Assembly (NCBI GenBank): GCA_964016885.1 | Contig: OZ024740.1 | Coordinates: forward strand, 227,106,001-227,170,000 | Source: Eledone cirrhosa | Lineage: Eukaryota | Direction: 5' to 3' | Length of the DNA stretch: 64,000 nt | Shown: one piece after another, positions 52,411 through 64,000 of the stretch | Position numbering within the stretch: the first letter of the stretch is position 1 | How the letters are laid out: the number at the start of each line of letters is the position of its first letter | Translations under genes and position numbers: made by a program | The notes under the pieces: model-generated | Told to the model about the DNA's origin: nothing | What the model saw: only the letters and a program-made list of their open reading frames with translations | The model's database searches: none

Positions 52411-52845
52411 TGTAAATAACTGTCAGGTGAAATGGATAGCAGACGGGCTTATAAAGAGAAACTCTACTCAAGCAAATGTTTCAGCCCAGAACCTGTAATC
52501 CGCCGCCCTAAATGCAATAATAATTTCTTATTAAAACATATTTGGAAGTATTATAGAATTGCTTCATCAAATGATATTTTAGCAGAAATGTGTTTGATTA
52601 TGGAATTTTAATAGTCTTTATGTTTAAACAGATTTTTCATATCTTAGAGCAGTGATAGTTTTTTTAAAGTTAATATATGTAAATGTATATATGCATGTGT
52701 GTATAAACCAAATAGTGTATGCCAGTGACAGCATCCTTTCATGAATACATGTATGTACATACACCATTTTAATAAGCATATATACATATGTTTCAGTAAA
52801 TGAAACATATGTATATGTTTCAGTAAATCTATCTATCTATCTCTC

Positions 52846-52935
<90 letters not shown>

Positions 52936-53072
52936 TATATATGTCTGTGCATATGCATGTCTATGAATATATACATGTGTGTGTATATATATTCGTGTAT
53001 ACATTATACATATGTGCGTGTGTTTGAGTGTGTGTGGTGTAGTGTGTGTATCTGTATATTATATTACAATAA

Positions 53073-53236
53073 AAAAAAAAACACATGCCTATTTCAGTCA
53101 CATACTCTTTTCTTATACATCCATGTAATGCATCCATATAGTGTATATACATATATATGTATACACACTATATGGATGCATGTAATGCATGTATAAGAAA
53201 AGAATATGTGACTGAAATAGGCATGTGTTTTTTTTT
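53073..53236. repeat. Inverted repeat centred on TACATATATATGTA
   Basis: AAAAACACATGCCTATTTCAGTCACATACTCTTTTCTTATACAT versus ATGTATAAGAAAAGAATATGTGACTGAAATAGGCATGTGTTTTT. Confidence 0.85.
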
Positions 53237-53276
53237 ACACACTATATATATATATATGTGTGTATATATATATATT

Positions 53277-53318
<42 letters not shown>

Positions 53319-53324
53319 CATATG

Positions 53325-53426
<102 letters not shown>

Positions 53427-53448
53427 CATATACATACATATATATGTA

Positions 53449-53528
<80 letters not shown>

Positions 53529-53529
<1 letters not shown>

Positions 53530-53868
53530 TGGAGGCACATGGCTTAGTGGTTAGAGCATTGGCCTGGCAATCGAAAGGCTGTGAGTTCAATTCTCAGACC
53601 GGGTGATGTGTTGTTTCCTTGAGCAAGACACTTTATTTCACATTGCTCCAGTTTACTCAGCTGTAGAAATGAGATGATAGGGACTGGGTTCCATATCATT
53701 CCACTGCAAAGTGGTCATGGAGGTGCCACGGAAAAAAAGCACCCAGCACTCACTGTAAATGAGGTTGGTGTTAGGAAGGGCATCCAGCTGTAGAAATCAA
53801 GCCAGAATCAGTTCCCGTCCCACCCTTGCAAGCAGGGAAAAAGCGGACTTAAAAACGAAATGATGATG

Positions 53869-53870
<2 letters not shown>
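53529..53870 (+). mobile_element. Full-length SINE family B (tRNA head, CORE-like body, RTE-related tail)
   Basis: TGGCTTAGTGG A box, GAGTTCAATTC B box, CCTTGAGCAAGACACTT core, GTTAGGAAGGGCATCCAGCTGTAGAAA segment and (GAT)n end; inserted in (TA)n. Confidence 0.85.
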
Positions 53871-53941
<71 letters not shown>

Positions 53942-56900
53942 TATGTATGTATATGTATATATATATATATATATATTTACATACATATGTGTGTGTATGT
54001 ATGTTTAATGGCTTCTACTATGTTTTTATATAACTGTGAATAACTTTTTTCAGATTCCTAGGCAGTTGTTAGAACAGCTAGGATATATAATTGATATTAA
54101 TATACATTAGCGACCTATTAGACAATTTAGCACATATGTAATGAAAAATCATTTCTATAACGTATTTGTGTTAATGTGTATGCAGATGCATACACATTCA
54201 TGCAATCATCCTTATAAGCATATATAGACATGCATGGATTGCATATAAGCATTCATACTTGAAAAGATCCATGAATACATACATATATACATTCATCCAT
54301 TCATACATACAACATACATGTATATATATGTACATGCATATATATATATACATATATACATGCATACATATGTACATGTATGCATTCATACACACATACA
54401 TACATACATGCATACATACCTACATACATACATGCATACATACATATGTGCATATATACATACATACACATACATACACATACATATATACATACATACA
54501 TATGTAGACATACGCATGGTGAGAAACTGATAGACAGGCAGACAGAGCTACATAAAAGCATGCATTTATATATATTACTGAAATGCATAAAAAGATATTC
54601 AATATAATATTAAACTTTTTGAAATATTTATTAAAAAAAAAAAAGAAGCACGTGAATTTATTTTGTGATTTTGACTTTGGCAGCTTTGCAATAAAAAATT
54701 AATGTTTGTAATTTAAGTGGTATTTAGCCTGATTCTAACCTTACCAAGTTGGCATTAGCAAGAAATTCTGTAACATTTCTCTTGGTATTTTATGAATATG
54801 ATAACAATAACAACAACACAACAATGATAATAATAAAAATTTCTTTATCAGATACACAGGGCTCACATTAAGGAAACATTAAAAACAGTACAGGATGATA
54901 CAATTTGGGTTTTTTGTGTAAAATAAAATTTATAACAGAGACTAAGAAAAAGTACCCCAAAGATATTATACAATATATTAAGATGCATAATTTTTTGTTT
55001 GATTGCACAAAGAAATAAATGAATATCAGAGATAGTGTTGGTGCCACAATAAAATGCACCAATACACTTTGTAAAGCAGTCAGTGATCAAACAGATTCAA
55101 TGAAGGATATAACCTCTGTAGAGCTGGTGTGATAATAAAATGCACCCACTACATTCTGTAAAGAGGTTTGTTTTAGGCTGGGCATCCAGCCATAGACAGC
55201 ATTCTAGAACATTTTCAGGTGAGATATGGTCCTTTCATCCATCTATGAGGATACCACTCCAACTGTAACAACCCATCCACTTCATGTCAGCATGGAGGAC
55301 AGGCATAAAACGATGATGATAATTAAATGGAAATAAAAACAACATAAAACATACAAAACAGTCTCTCCACACATGTCTGAGGAGCCTCACCTGGGTTTCA
55401 TAAGGAAACACCATGACACCAACAATCGTGCTCTTCCAGGTACTGAAAATTATCAATACCCCCCCCCCCCTGCCATAAAGAAAAGCCCATAAGCAACTCT
55501 AGTATTGGAATGGATAAAAAAAAAATGGCCCACATATTTCTGGTAGTTAAGGTATAAATTCACTAACACATCTAAATATAGGGGTTTGTTCATTCTTACA
55601 TCAAAAAAACACATACAAGCTAAATATCAATACATCTGCATTCTGTTTTAATTTTTTTTTTTTTTTTCATAAAGGTTTGGCCCACACAAAATTACCCTAT
55701 ATACATGTATACATGTCACAGTGATGGATAAGTTACAACTCCTTTGTGTTTATAATATTTTGGCTTCAGTGTTTGACCCACACATAAGAGTAGTTTTTCA
55801 AACCTGATCTTTTAGTAAAAGGCCTGCAACTTATCTCTAAATATGTACAGTATGTTTAAAACTTTCCTTGTTTTCCTTTTCTTCCTATTGTTTTTATGTC
55901 ATATAACACAATTGGGAGAGTCTATTAGGTCTCCATTTTTGTGCTAGAAAATCAAAAGCCTAATCTCTGCAAAAAAATACTCACTTTTATTTACCTATTA
56001 AGATTCAAACATTTTTTTTTGCTGAATTTTAACTAATAACACCAATATTTTGGGGGAATTTTATTAGACTATAGTGCCATCTGTTTTAGTGTAGCAGCAT
56101 CAGTAAGCATTATATTCGATGGGTTAGTATTTAAATACTTCCTTCTTAAATATCAGTACTGATGCTTGCAATATCTTTTCTCTTCATCTTCATTGATCCT
56201 TTTGCAGTTCTAAATCTATCAAATTCTGCACTAAGTAGACCAAATAAAAGATAAATACTATCTTTTATTAGGCCTACTTGTTTTGAATTTCATTTCTTAC
56301 TATTCACAATGCTTTTTTTACTTTGATCACGAGAGAAATTCCTACATTACCATTTTAAAACTACTTCTTGCTCTCTTTTTTTAAACTTTATTCTCAGTAG
56401 CTTTAATATCAACTCTCACTATTTTTATTTTTAGTTTATCTGATGCTCATCTAGTCATATTCCTTTCATTTCTTTCTGCTATTTTGAAATCGTCTTTGTT
56501 ATACTTTCTAAGCAATTTCTTACACTATCTGCATTACAAAACAAATACAGACAAAAGACTTCTAAAGTTTTGCCTGAAACAATTTCAAATTCTATAACAT
56601 GCTACGCCAACAGTATTTTTTACATAATATTTCTCACAATTGTAGTCAAATAACAATTTCACCATTCTTTTCTATTTTTCCTGTTTCTTTTAATGATTAT
56701 TTTTTTTATTTTTCATAAAATTAAATACAAATTTATAATAAAAATAGATATAATCAAAGACTAAAATCATACCTAAAAACAGAGAAGATGAGAGATAAAG
56801 AAAATGAGGAATTTATATCCAATATAAAAATTTACAAATTGATATTTATGACAGTTTAATTCAAAGAAAAAAAAATTAACTATTTGTTTATATGCATTCT

Positions 56901-58169
56901 AGGGTATGATACATGTAAAGCCTTTGTTCTTCTTGTTGTAACCTAAAACTCTGCATACACTTATTCTTTACAAATCAACTTGGTAGAATCTCATCTCTAT
57001 GATATTTACATTCTTAGCAGATCACAGATATTTAACCTATGAGCAGACTTCTCTTTTTCTAGTTTCTTTTCTCTGAAAATATTGGCACGAGATTTTATCA
57101 AAAGGCTATTACAAGCCTGAGTGGCATTGTTGTGTTAAGGTCAGTAGAATCACTCATATATATTTTTCTTTTCTTTCATCAATAATATATGATTCTTCTT
57201 GTCCAAACCAGAACTTCCTAAAGGTGTGTTTATCATTCAACATTAGTTTTTAGATGGCTGGCATGCCATCTTACTTCTTTGACTCACAATTCTCAGTAAG
57301 TTCTTCAAAAGTAACACACGAGCACACAAACTGATGCCAACATACTTTCTCTTTTTTCCTCTTTCTCCAAGAATATCTCTGTGCTAATAAAATTCAACAG
57401 AGTTGCCAGACAATCATAATGAATACCAATATTTTCTTCACTTTCTAACTATGTGTGCAGTAAAAATCTGCTTAGAATTGCATCAGTGCAGATCTATTCA
57501 TTTCTGCTTAATGCAAGCATTTTTGCTCAAATCTAATATATTTCATTACAATATCTTTATCATTAATACAGTAAAGTTTGCTTGCTTGCACAATGCAGAG
57601 ACTCCTAAAATGTCTTACAAATGATAAAAGCACGTTATAAATGTAAACAGAATTTCCTTTCCCATTATACTAAATAACAATTCTAAGCCACAATTATTTT
57701 TTTGGTGGTATATTTTATAATATGTTTGTGTGTATGTGTGTGAGAGTGAGAGTTTATAGCAAATTTTCAATAATTTATATATATGTAAATAGAAAATCTG
57801 AAATGATTTAAAACATATACTCAAAGCATTTTACCATCTTAAATCTATACTCAGAGGATAATCATGTTTTCAAAACATTAACTGGCATGTTTAGCTCAAT
57901 TCCTTGCATTCAATTATTATTCTAACATTAGCACATTGTTTACACCCCATTACAGATAACATTCCATCACCCTTCATTTTATCTTTTAAAATTATCCGAG
58001 TAAAGGAAGGCTGAAGTTTTTACCTATTGTCATATTTGTGCAACATAGGATGGTTTACACTTAGCTTAAGAAAATATTTGCTACATATGCAATGCACACA
58101 TTATTTACACCAGCAATCTGTGTCTTGCTTGTTGTTTATTAATGGATAGTTATACTACCTTGAAGATAT

Positions 58170-58635
58170 GCCTGCACAACACTGTCATACTATCAATGGT
58201 ATTATAAAGATTATATAGAGGCAAAACTTTAAGGATGACAGCAAAAGTTGTTAAGGAAGTTTTGTTTCCATCAACAGTGCCTGTGCAACATCTACAAAAT
58301 TCATGGTATAATTGCATAAGAAATTAAGAAATTCTCTGAAGGTCCCGCTCCAAACCCTTGTGGTGTACTGTGGTCGAATGCCAGTTCCAACTGCTTGAAC
58401 ACACCTTATGGCTCTTAGAAACCAGGAATGCAAAGACAGAAATGTGTTGAACCCCACCGTATGGTAAATAGAAGAGAAGGAGACCCAAGATGAATTGGTG
58501 CAGAACATTCCAGGTGAATCTGCAGATGGTAGACATCAACTAGAAAGTTGTGGAAACAAGAGTAAATAATAATTTGAAATGGTGGAAGCTTGATGCCTGA
58601 TGTGCCAAACTGCAAAGGAGAACCTAAGACCAAGT
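58170..58635 (+). mobile_element. Degenerate RTE-like LINE 3' fragment
   Basis: Decayed FHQQCL..I.KI, ..FQLL.HTL and TPPYGK.RR.RPKM.W motifs typical of RTE ORF2 C-termini. Confidence 0.55.
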
Positions 58636-59814
58636 TATGCTGAACATGTGATACTCAAGGGTTTGGGCTATAGATACAGCAAATTGCTTGTAACATGAAT
58701 CAAAGCATCATGTCTTGGTAAATGGTAGCTCTCTTATTACTTAGCTAGTTACATTTGTTTTAATCTGCCAGTGAACAATCACTATTTTATTAAATGTTAA
58801 AGTCTCTCCCTAGCCCTGACGTTCATCAGGCTGGATCTAGCATTAATCAACTGAGAGTAAAAGACTTCCCCCTGGATGCACTACCAGCCCATTGTCGAAA
58901 TAACTCCAAGCTACTGCAAGTGAATTTGGAGAAAATATAATGTGGAGTGTATTATTCAAAGACACAATGCACTGCCTGGGCCAGGAATTGAACTTACAAC
59001 TTTACAATTGTGAGTCCCGTCATCCTAACACTAATGACTTAGCCAGCTGTGAATGAGTAATCAATATTTTATAGAGATATAAAATTTATGGTGCCTCTTA
59101 AGAGGAAATAAACTTGTTTGCAGAAATATTTTTTTTTTTATTGTAATTATAGTTTTATATGATATTATAAAAGATATTAGGCAATGTAACTGCTGAAATC
59201 ACAATTTATTTCAGGCAAGATGCAGAATTATTTTCACCTCTATTATTAGCAAATAGTATTTATTTTATCAAATAAAATACCAGTAAAAGGAAGAGTTAAG
59301 TATTATTTTTTTGAACGCTGACAATCCAATAAGTCTGACTATATTTATTGATGTGCTGAATCACAGAATAGTCGCCATTTACTTATGTCTAGATTTATTT
59401 CATTTTGTTTGCTTTTAAGTAGTTGACAAAAAAAAAATTCCCAAGACACATAAATTAAAGTGATTTGTTGACTTTAATCATCAATATTATCTCATAGTTT
59501 TTCTCTTAAGATGTCTATATCACATAAATAAATTATAGTGTCTCTTAAAATATTCATCAAGAAAATAAAACTATTTTATCACAAATAACTTCATATTTCA
59601 CCTTTATAACACTCAAAACTTTCAATGCTTGCTTCATTCAAAGTTTCTGTTGTGATGTTAAACTGCAATCACATAAGATGCTTTATGTCAAAATGTAATT
59701 TCTATAACTATTGTAATATTTGTAGTTTGAGTCATAAGGTTGAAAATGCCAAAAGACCAACTATTAAACAAGTATTACCAAATGACAAAGCTGACTGCTT
59801 GAAAGACCAAAAAC

Positions 59815-60200
59815 AATAGTTTCAAATTTAGGCACAAGCCAACAATTAGCAGGTGAAGGGAAAGCCAATTACTTTGTCCTCAATAGTTGACTGGTATCTT
59901 TTTGACCCTGGAAAGACCAAAAACAATGGTTTCAAATTTAGGCACCAGGTGAGTGGAAAGCCAATTATATTGTCCTCAGTAGTTGACTGGTATCTTTTCA
60001 ACCCTGGAAATAAAGGCAAAGTTGACCTCGGCAGGATTTGAAATTAAAAAATAAAGAGCTGAAACAAATGTCACATAGCATATGAATGACACGTTAATGA
60101 TTCTGCCTACCCAATGCCCATTTTCCCGAAAATAATGGCTTTTAATTTAGTTATAAATCCAGCAATTTGTGAAGAAGAAAAGTCAAATATATCAACCTCA
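59815..60200 (-). mobile_element. Tandem partial SINE family A copies
   Basis: Duplicated GAAAGACCAAAAACAAT.GTTTCAAATTTAGGCAC...GTTGACTGGTATCTTTT units followed by AAAGGCAAAGTTGACCTCGGCAGGATTTGAA. Confidence 0.65.
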
Positions 60201-60489
60201 GTACTTAACTAGTACCTTATTTATTTCTATTTTGTCTATTTTTTCTATCTTTCTGTTTTTAAATATATACATTTGCTACTATCAAATTAAGTTATATACA
60301 TATGACCAGAAGCATAACTAGGGAAAATAACACCTATGATAAGCAGTGAAATTGCACCCCTGCCCAACACTGTATTTTTCCCTATGGGCCTAATAATTTA
60401 TATAAATGGTTTAATGATCCAGCCAGCATAGTGTTCTCACCCATGATAATCAGAGACAGATCATGCATCTGAAGTACTGGGGGTCAATT

Positions 60490-60702
60490 TACCATATATA
60501 TTCAAACATAAGCCAATCCAAATATAAGCTGACCCCCTCCCTTTCTATTTTATGTCTGAGAATTGGGCAAAAAATCCAAACCCCATTTATAATCTGAGGC
60601 AGCTAATCAACACATTTTATTTAGATGGTGAATATATGCCCCCTACCCATTTTACCATCGATTTTGGTCACCTACTTGGCTTATATTCGAGTATATATAG
60701 TA
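60490..60702. mobile_element. Tc1/mariner-superfamily (pogo/Tc2-like) MITE nested in a SINE A remnant
   Basis: TA-CCATATATATTCAAACATAAGCCAA versus TTGGCTTATATTCGAGTATATATAG-TA terminal inverted repeats. The flanks rejoin into AGTACTGGGGGTCAATT..TTGCACCTAAATTAAAAACAATTATT. Confidence 0.6.
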
Positions 60703-60785
60703 ATTGATATTTCCTTTCCCATAAATTATTTGTCTTGCACCTAAATTAAAAACAATTATTGGAATTTAGACAAACCACTCCCATA

Positions 60786-60960
60786 TAAAGGTGGGCTGAA
60801 AAATTCATAGGCTGTTTATGAAGGAGTGATGCTAGAGCTGTGAAATCTTGTAAACATCAATATCAAAATATTGCTTTGAATTGACTGTCTGGTCAAAGAA
60901 AATACTCTTCACTCAATCATACCAGACTACACATTTCTCATGTTCAGATACCGTGAAAGA
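60786..60960 (+). mobile_element. Mariner 5' TIR remnant
   Basis: TAAAGGTGGGCTGAAAAATTCATAGGCTG is complementary to the TIR at 29853-29884. Confidence 0.55.
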
Positions 60961-61145
60961 CATTCTAAAATTATATAACTATATGATTATAAACACATAA
61001 ATTTACCAAATTGCATACTTCATAGAATTAAAAAGTTGTAAATATTAAGTAAATTGCACATTACTGTGAATGTTATGTGACAGTTTCATGAAAATAAATT
61101 AAGTATTACAGAATATATGACAAAATAAATTAGTCATTTTATCTT

Positions 61146-61288
<143 letters not shown>

Positions 61289-61719
61289 GTGTATATGTAT
61301 TTATATATATATGTATATGTATGTATATATATATATATGTATATGTATATATATGTATATATAAATATGAATATGTATATATATGTATATGTATATATAC
61401 ATATATATATGTATATATGTGTGTGTGTGGTTGTGTGTGTGTGTGTGTTTGTAGCTAATTACAGAAGAGATAAATCAGTCACACTTTAATCTTTTCTAAT
61501 GAAATACATTAAATATGTGTTTCAATTCATTTTGAAAATAACCAAGAATTTGGATGGACAACTGTGTTGTTCATTTAGGTGTTTGGTACATAACAGGACA
61601 AAAGGTTTTCCACAAAATTAAGATGGAAAGTTTTTAAATTAAATTTAGAATGAAAGGTTTTGCATTATAGAACCCTGTGTGGTCTCAGTTGTTTTCAGAT
61701 GGGTTTAACCAATATTTGA

Positions 61720-61890
61720 GGATCAGATACTATGCTTTACAGCATAGTTACGTCTCTTTACGGTCTGAGTTCAAATCCCACCAAAGTTAACTTTCTTTAC
61801 CTTTCATCCTTACGGAGTCGATAAAATAAAGTACCAGTAACACACTGGGATAACTGCTGGCCTTGTGCCAAAAGTAGAAACAATTATTAT
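61720..61890 (+). mobile_element. SINE family A
   Basis: Matches the family A consensus. Confidence 0.8.
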
Positions 61891-61941
61891 AAAATGGTTT
61901 AAGCCAAACTTAGAAATACCTATTTACAAATTTCTGTTATA

Positions 61942-62280
61942 ATCATCATCCTTTTTAATGACTGCTTTTCCATGTTTCCATGGGTTGGACAGGTTCTCTT
62001 TAAAATAACATCTCCCCATTTGTTGCATTCTTTTATTATCGCCTTTGTTAGGTTCAGCATTCTATGATTAGTTTTTACCACTTCTGTTCACATCTTGCTT
62101 GGTATTCTTCTTCTTAGAACTCCTGGCAATTCTTTATCTAACTGTCATTACCCATACATATTACATATTCATACCAATACAGTCCTTTCTCTTATGAGCG
62201 ACATCAAATTCCTTTTATACCCAGATTTTCTCACAACTCATTGGTGCTTCATGATTCATGCATACTAATGTTACACATAC
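61942..62280 (-). mobile_element. Old RTE 3' fragment
   Basis: (ATC)n tail plus TTTTCCATG..CATGGGTTGGAC; upstream decayed ELRENLGIKGI...LYWY homology. Confidence 0.6.
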
Positions 62281-63633
62281 AATATATAATTGTTAATATA
62301 TCTAATAAATATAATTGGAAATGCAAGCAATTCAAAAGTGACTTTTATGTCAATACAAAAATTACAAATAATAGTTTGAAATATATATTAAAATATTTCC
62401 TCATATCTTTATTCGTAAATTGCAGATCATTTTGCTAATAGCTTCCTGAATACCTGTTCAGTAAAATAGCCAAACTTTCACTATTTACTTCATCGATTTT
62501 GACTGGAATTCCTTGTCATTGTATTTGAATTATGCATTGGTCTATTAGTATGTGCCTGCAGTGATGAAAGCTGAACATTCCAGAGTTTATATCACAAAGT
62601 GTATTAGTATATTCAGTTCATTGTTTTCTTAGATAGCCTGTCTTCTGTTAGATACAGTATCAGTGGTGAATGTTATAGTGATGTGGGAGGAAATAATGTA
62701 AAGTGGTATGAGGGATTCATCGGAAATTACACAGGAATTATGGAGCTGGGATCTTTTGTAAATTAGAAAAGAAAAGTACATGGCCAGAAGGGAATCTAGT
62801 ATTTCCCAAGTGTCCGTATTTGTCCAATTGAGTCTACTGCCAGGAAATGCATTACAGCATGGCGGTCTGATGTATTTCCATGAAATAACAGTGTTACAAA
62901 CACACTAAGAACACACACTTTACATGCTGCCAAATTTCAATGTTTACATTTGCCCACTACAATAGGAAGTATTAACATAGACATTTGCATGCAAGGAACT
63001 TGCATGCATGCAGACACAAACACACATGCACATAAAAATACACATACATATACATATGTTCAGACAGAAGTTGTTCTATTATTCTAAGCCTCATTCCTTA
63101 CTGCTGTAATCGCAGGTCACCTAAGGGCAAGAATGGTGTGTTCACTGTTGAAGTATTACTCTTCTACATGAGCTCCTCACATCAGACATATATATATTAT
63201 TCCTGCAATGTCGAAACTTAAAAGAGATCAGTTATCATATGTCCTTAAGTAAAATAAACTCCAGCTGCTTTATCCTTTGATATGATGCTGTAATGAAGTA
63301 ATTTCCTAGACTCTGTATTTAAGACATCTAAACCCTCCCCCACTTTATAGTGTATTTTTCCAGACAGCTCAAGTCTGTACCTTAAAGAACATGTCACAAT
63401 TATTTTTAGCGTCTACAAATCAAAATTATAGAAAATTAAACTAGAATTCTTCCCCAAATGATTCTCGTTTTCAATTTATTTTTATATTTCTTTAAGTTAT
63501 TTGTTTTGTCTTTTATCTGTATTTTTTCTGATCTTTGTCAGAAGAGAATTTTTCTTTTGTAAAATGTTTACATTATTACATTGTAACAATCCTTAAATTT
63601 CATATAACATTGATGATAGTGATTAAAATAAGG

Positions 63634-63845
63634 GTTTCTGATTTAGGCACAAGGCCAACAATTTTGGGGTGTGGAAAGTCGATCAAATCTACCCCAATGT
63701 GATACTGGTACTTTACTTTATTGACTGTCATAAGGATGAAAGACAAATCTAACTTTGGCAGGATTTGAACTCAGAACATAAAGAGACATAACTATATGCC
63801 ACAAAGTATGTTGTCCGACGCTCTACCGATTCTACCAATCCATGG
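63634..63845 (-). mobile_element. SINE family A, diverged
   Basis: Reverse complement of the family A consensus including the head (GTCCGACGCTCTACCGATTCTACCAATCC). Confidence 0.75.
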
Positions 63846-64000
63846 TAATTAAAATAATAATATGCAAATGATAACAAAACTGAAAAGAAAAGCATGTGAT
63901 ATTGTTACTATTTACTCCTTCAAACTGAAACATCCTCCCTATCCTTGAATCCTTTGGTGCTTCAAATCAGTTAACAGACAGCAATCCAGCCAGATCAGTA

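Noticed and set aside
62866-62895. CTGATGT...GAAA hammerhead-like words
   Set aside because: Core mismatch and no stem I or stem II pairing.

Overview
AT-rich, microsatellite-saturated eukaryotic (animal) intronic or intergenic DNA. The repeat landscape (tRNA-derived SINEs, RTE-clade LINEs with (GAT)n tails, huge (TA)n/(CA)n arrays) suggests a cephalopod such as octopus, which is an inference. There is no intact host gene, and almost all ORFs in the track are translations of simple repeats. Recognisable content: two 5'-truncated RTE LINEs with a PHD-like finger inside ORF2, a 5'-inverted LINE, CR1-group and RTE remnants, Helitron remnants, mariner/pogo and piggyBac-like MITEs, two abundant SINE families, minisatellites, and one candidate 33-nt cadherin-like microexon that begins with a recursive-splice-type AG|GTGAGT. 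The main signal is a set of short non-coding fold-back elements sitting in (TA)n tracts that carry minimal type I hammerhead ribozymes. Seven have complete cores (5951, 18258, 19475, 19648, 26247, 26351, 51210), and there are several remnants, spanning at least three sequence families. Two elements are long palindromes with a ribozyme on each strand, resembling Penelope-like pLTR or retrozyme-type non-autonomous retroelements.
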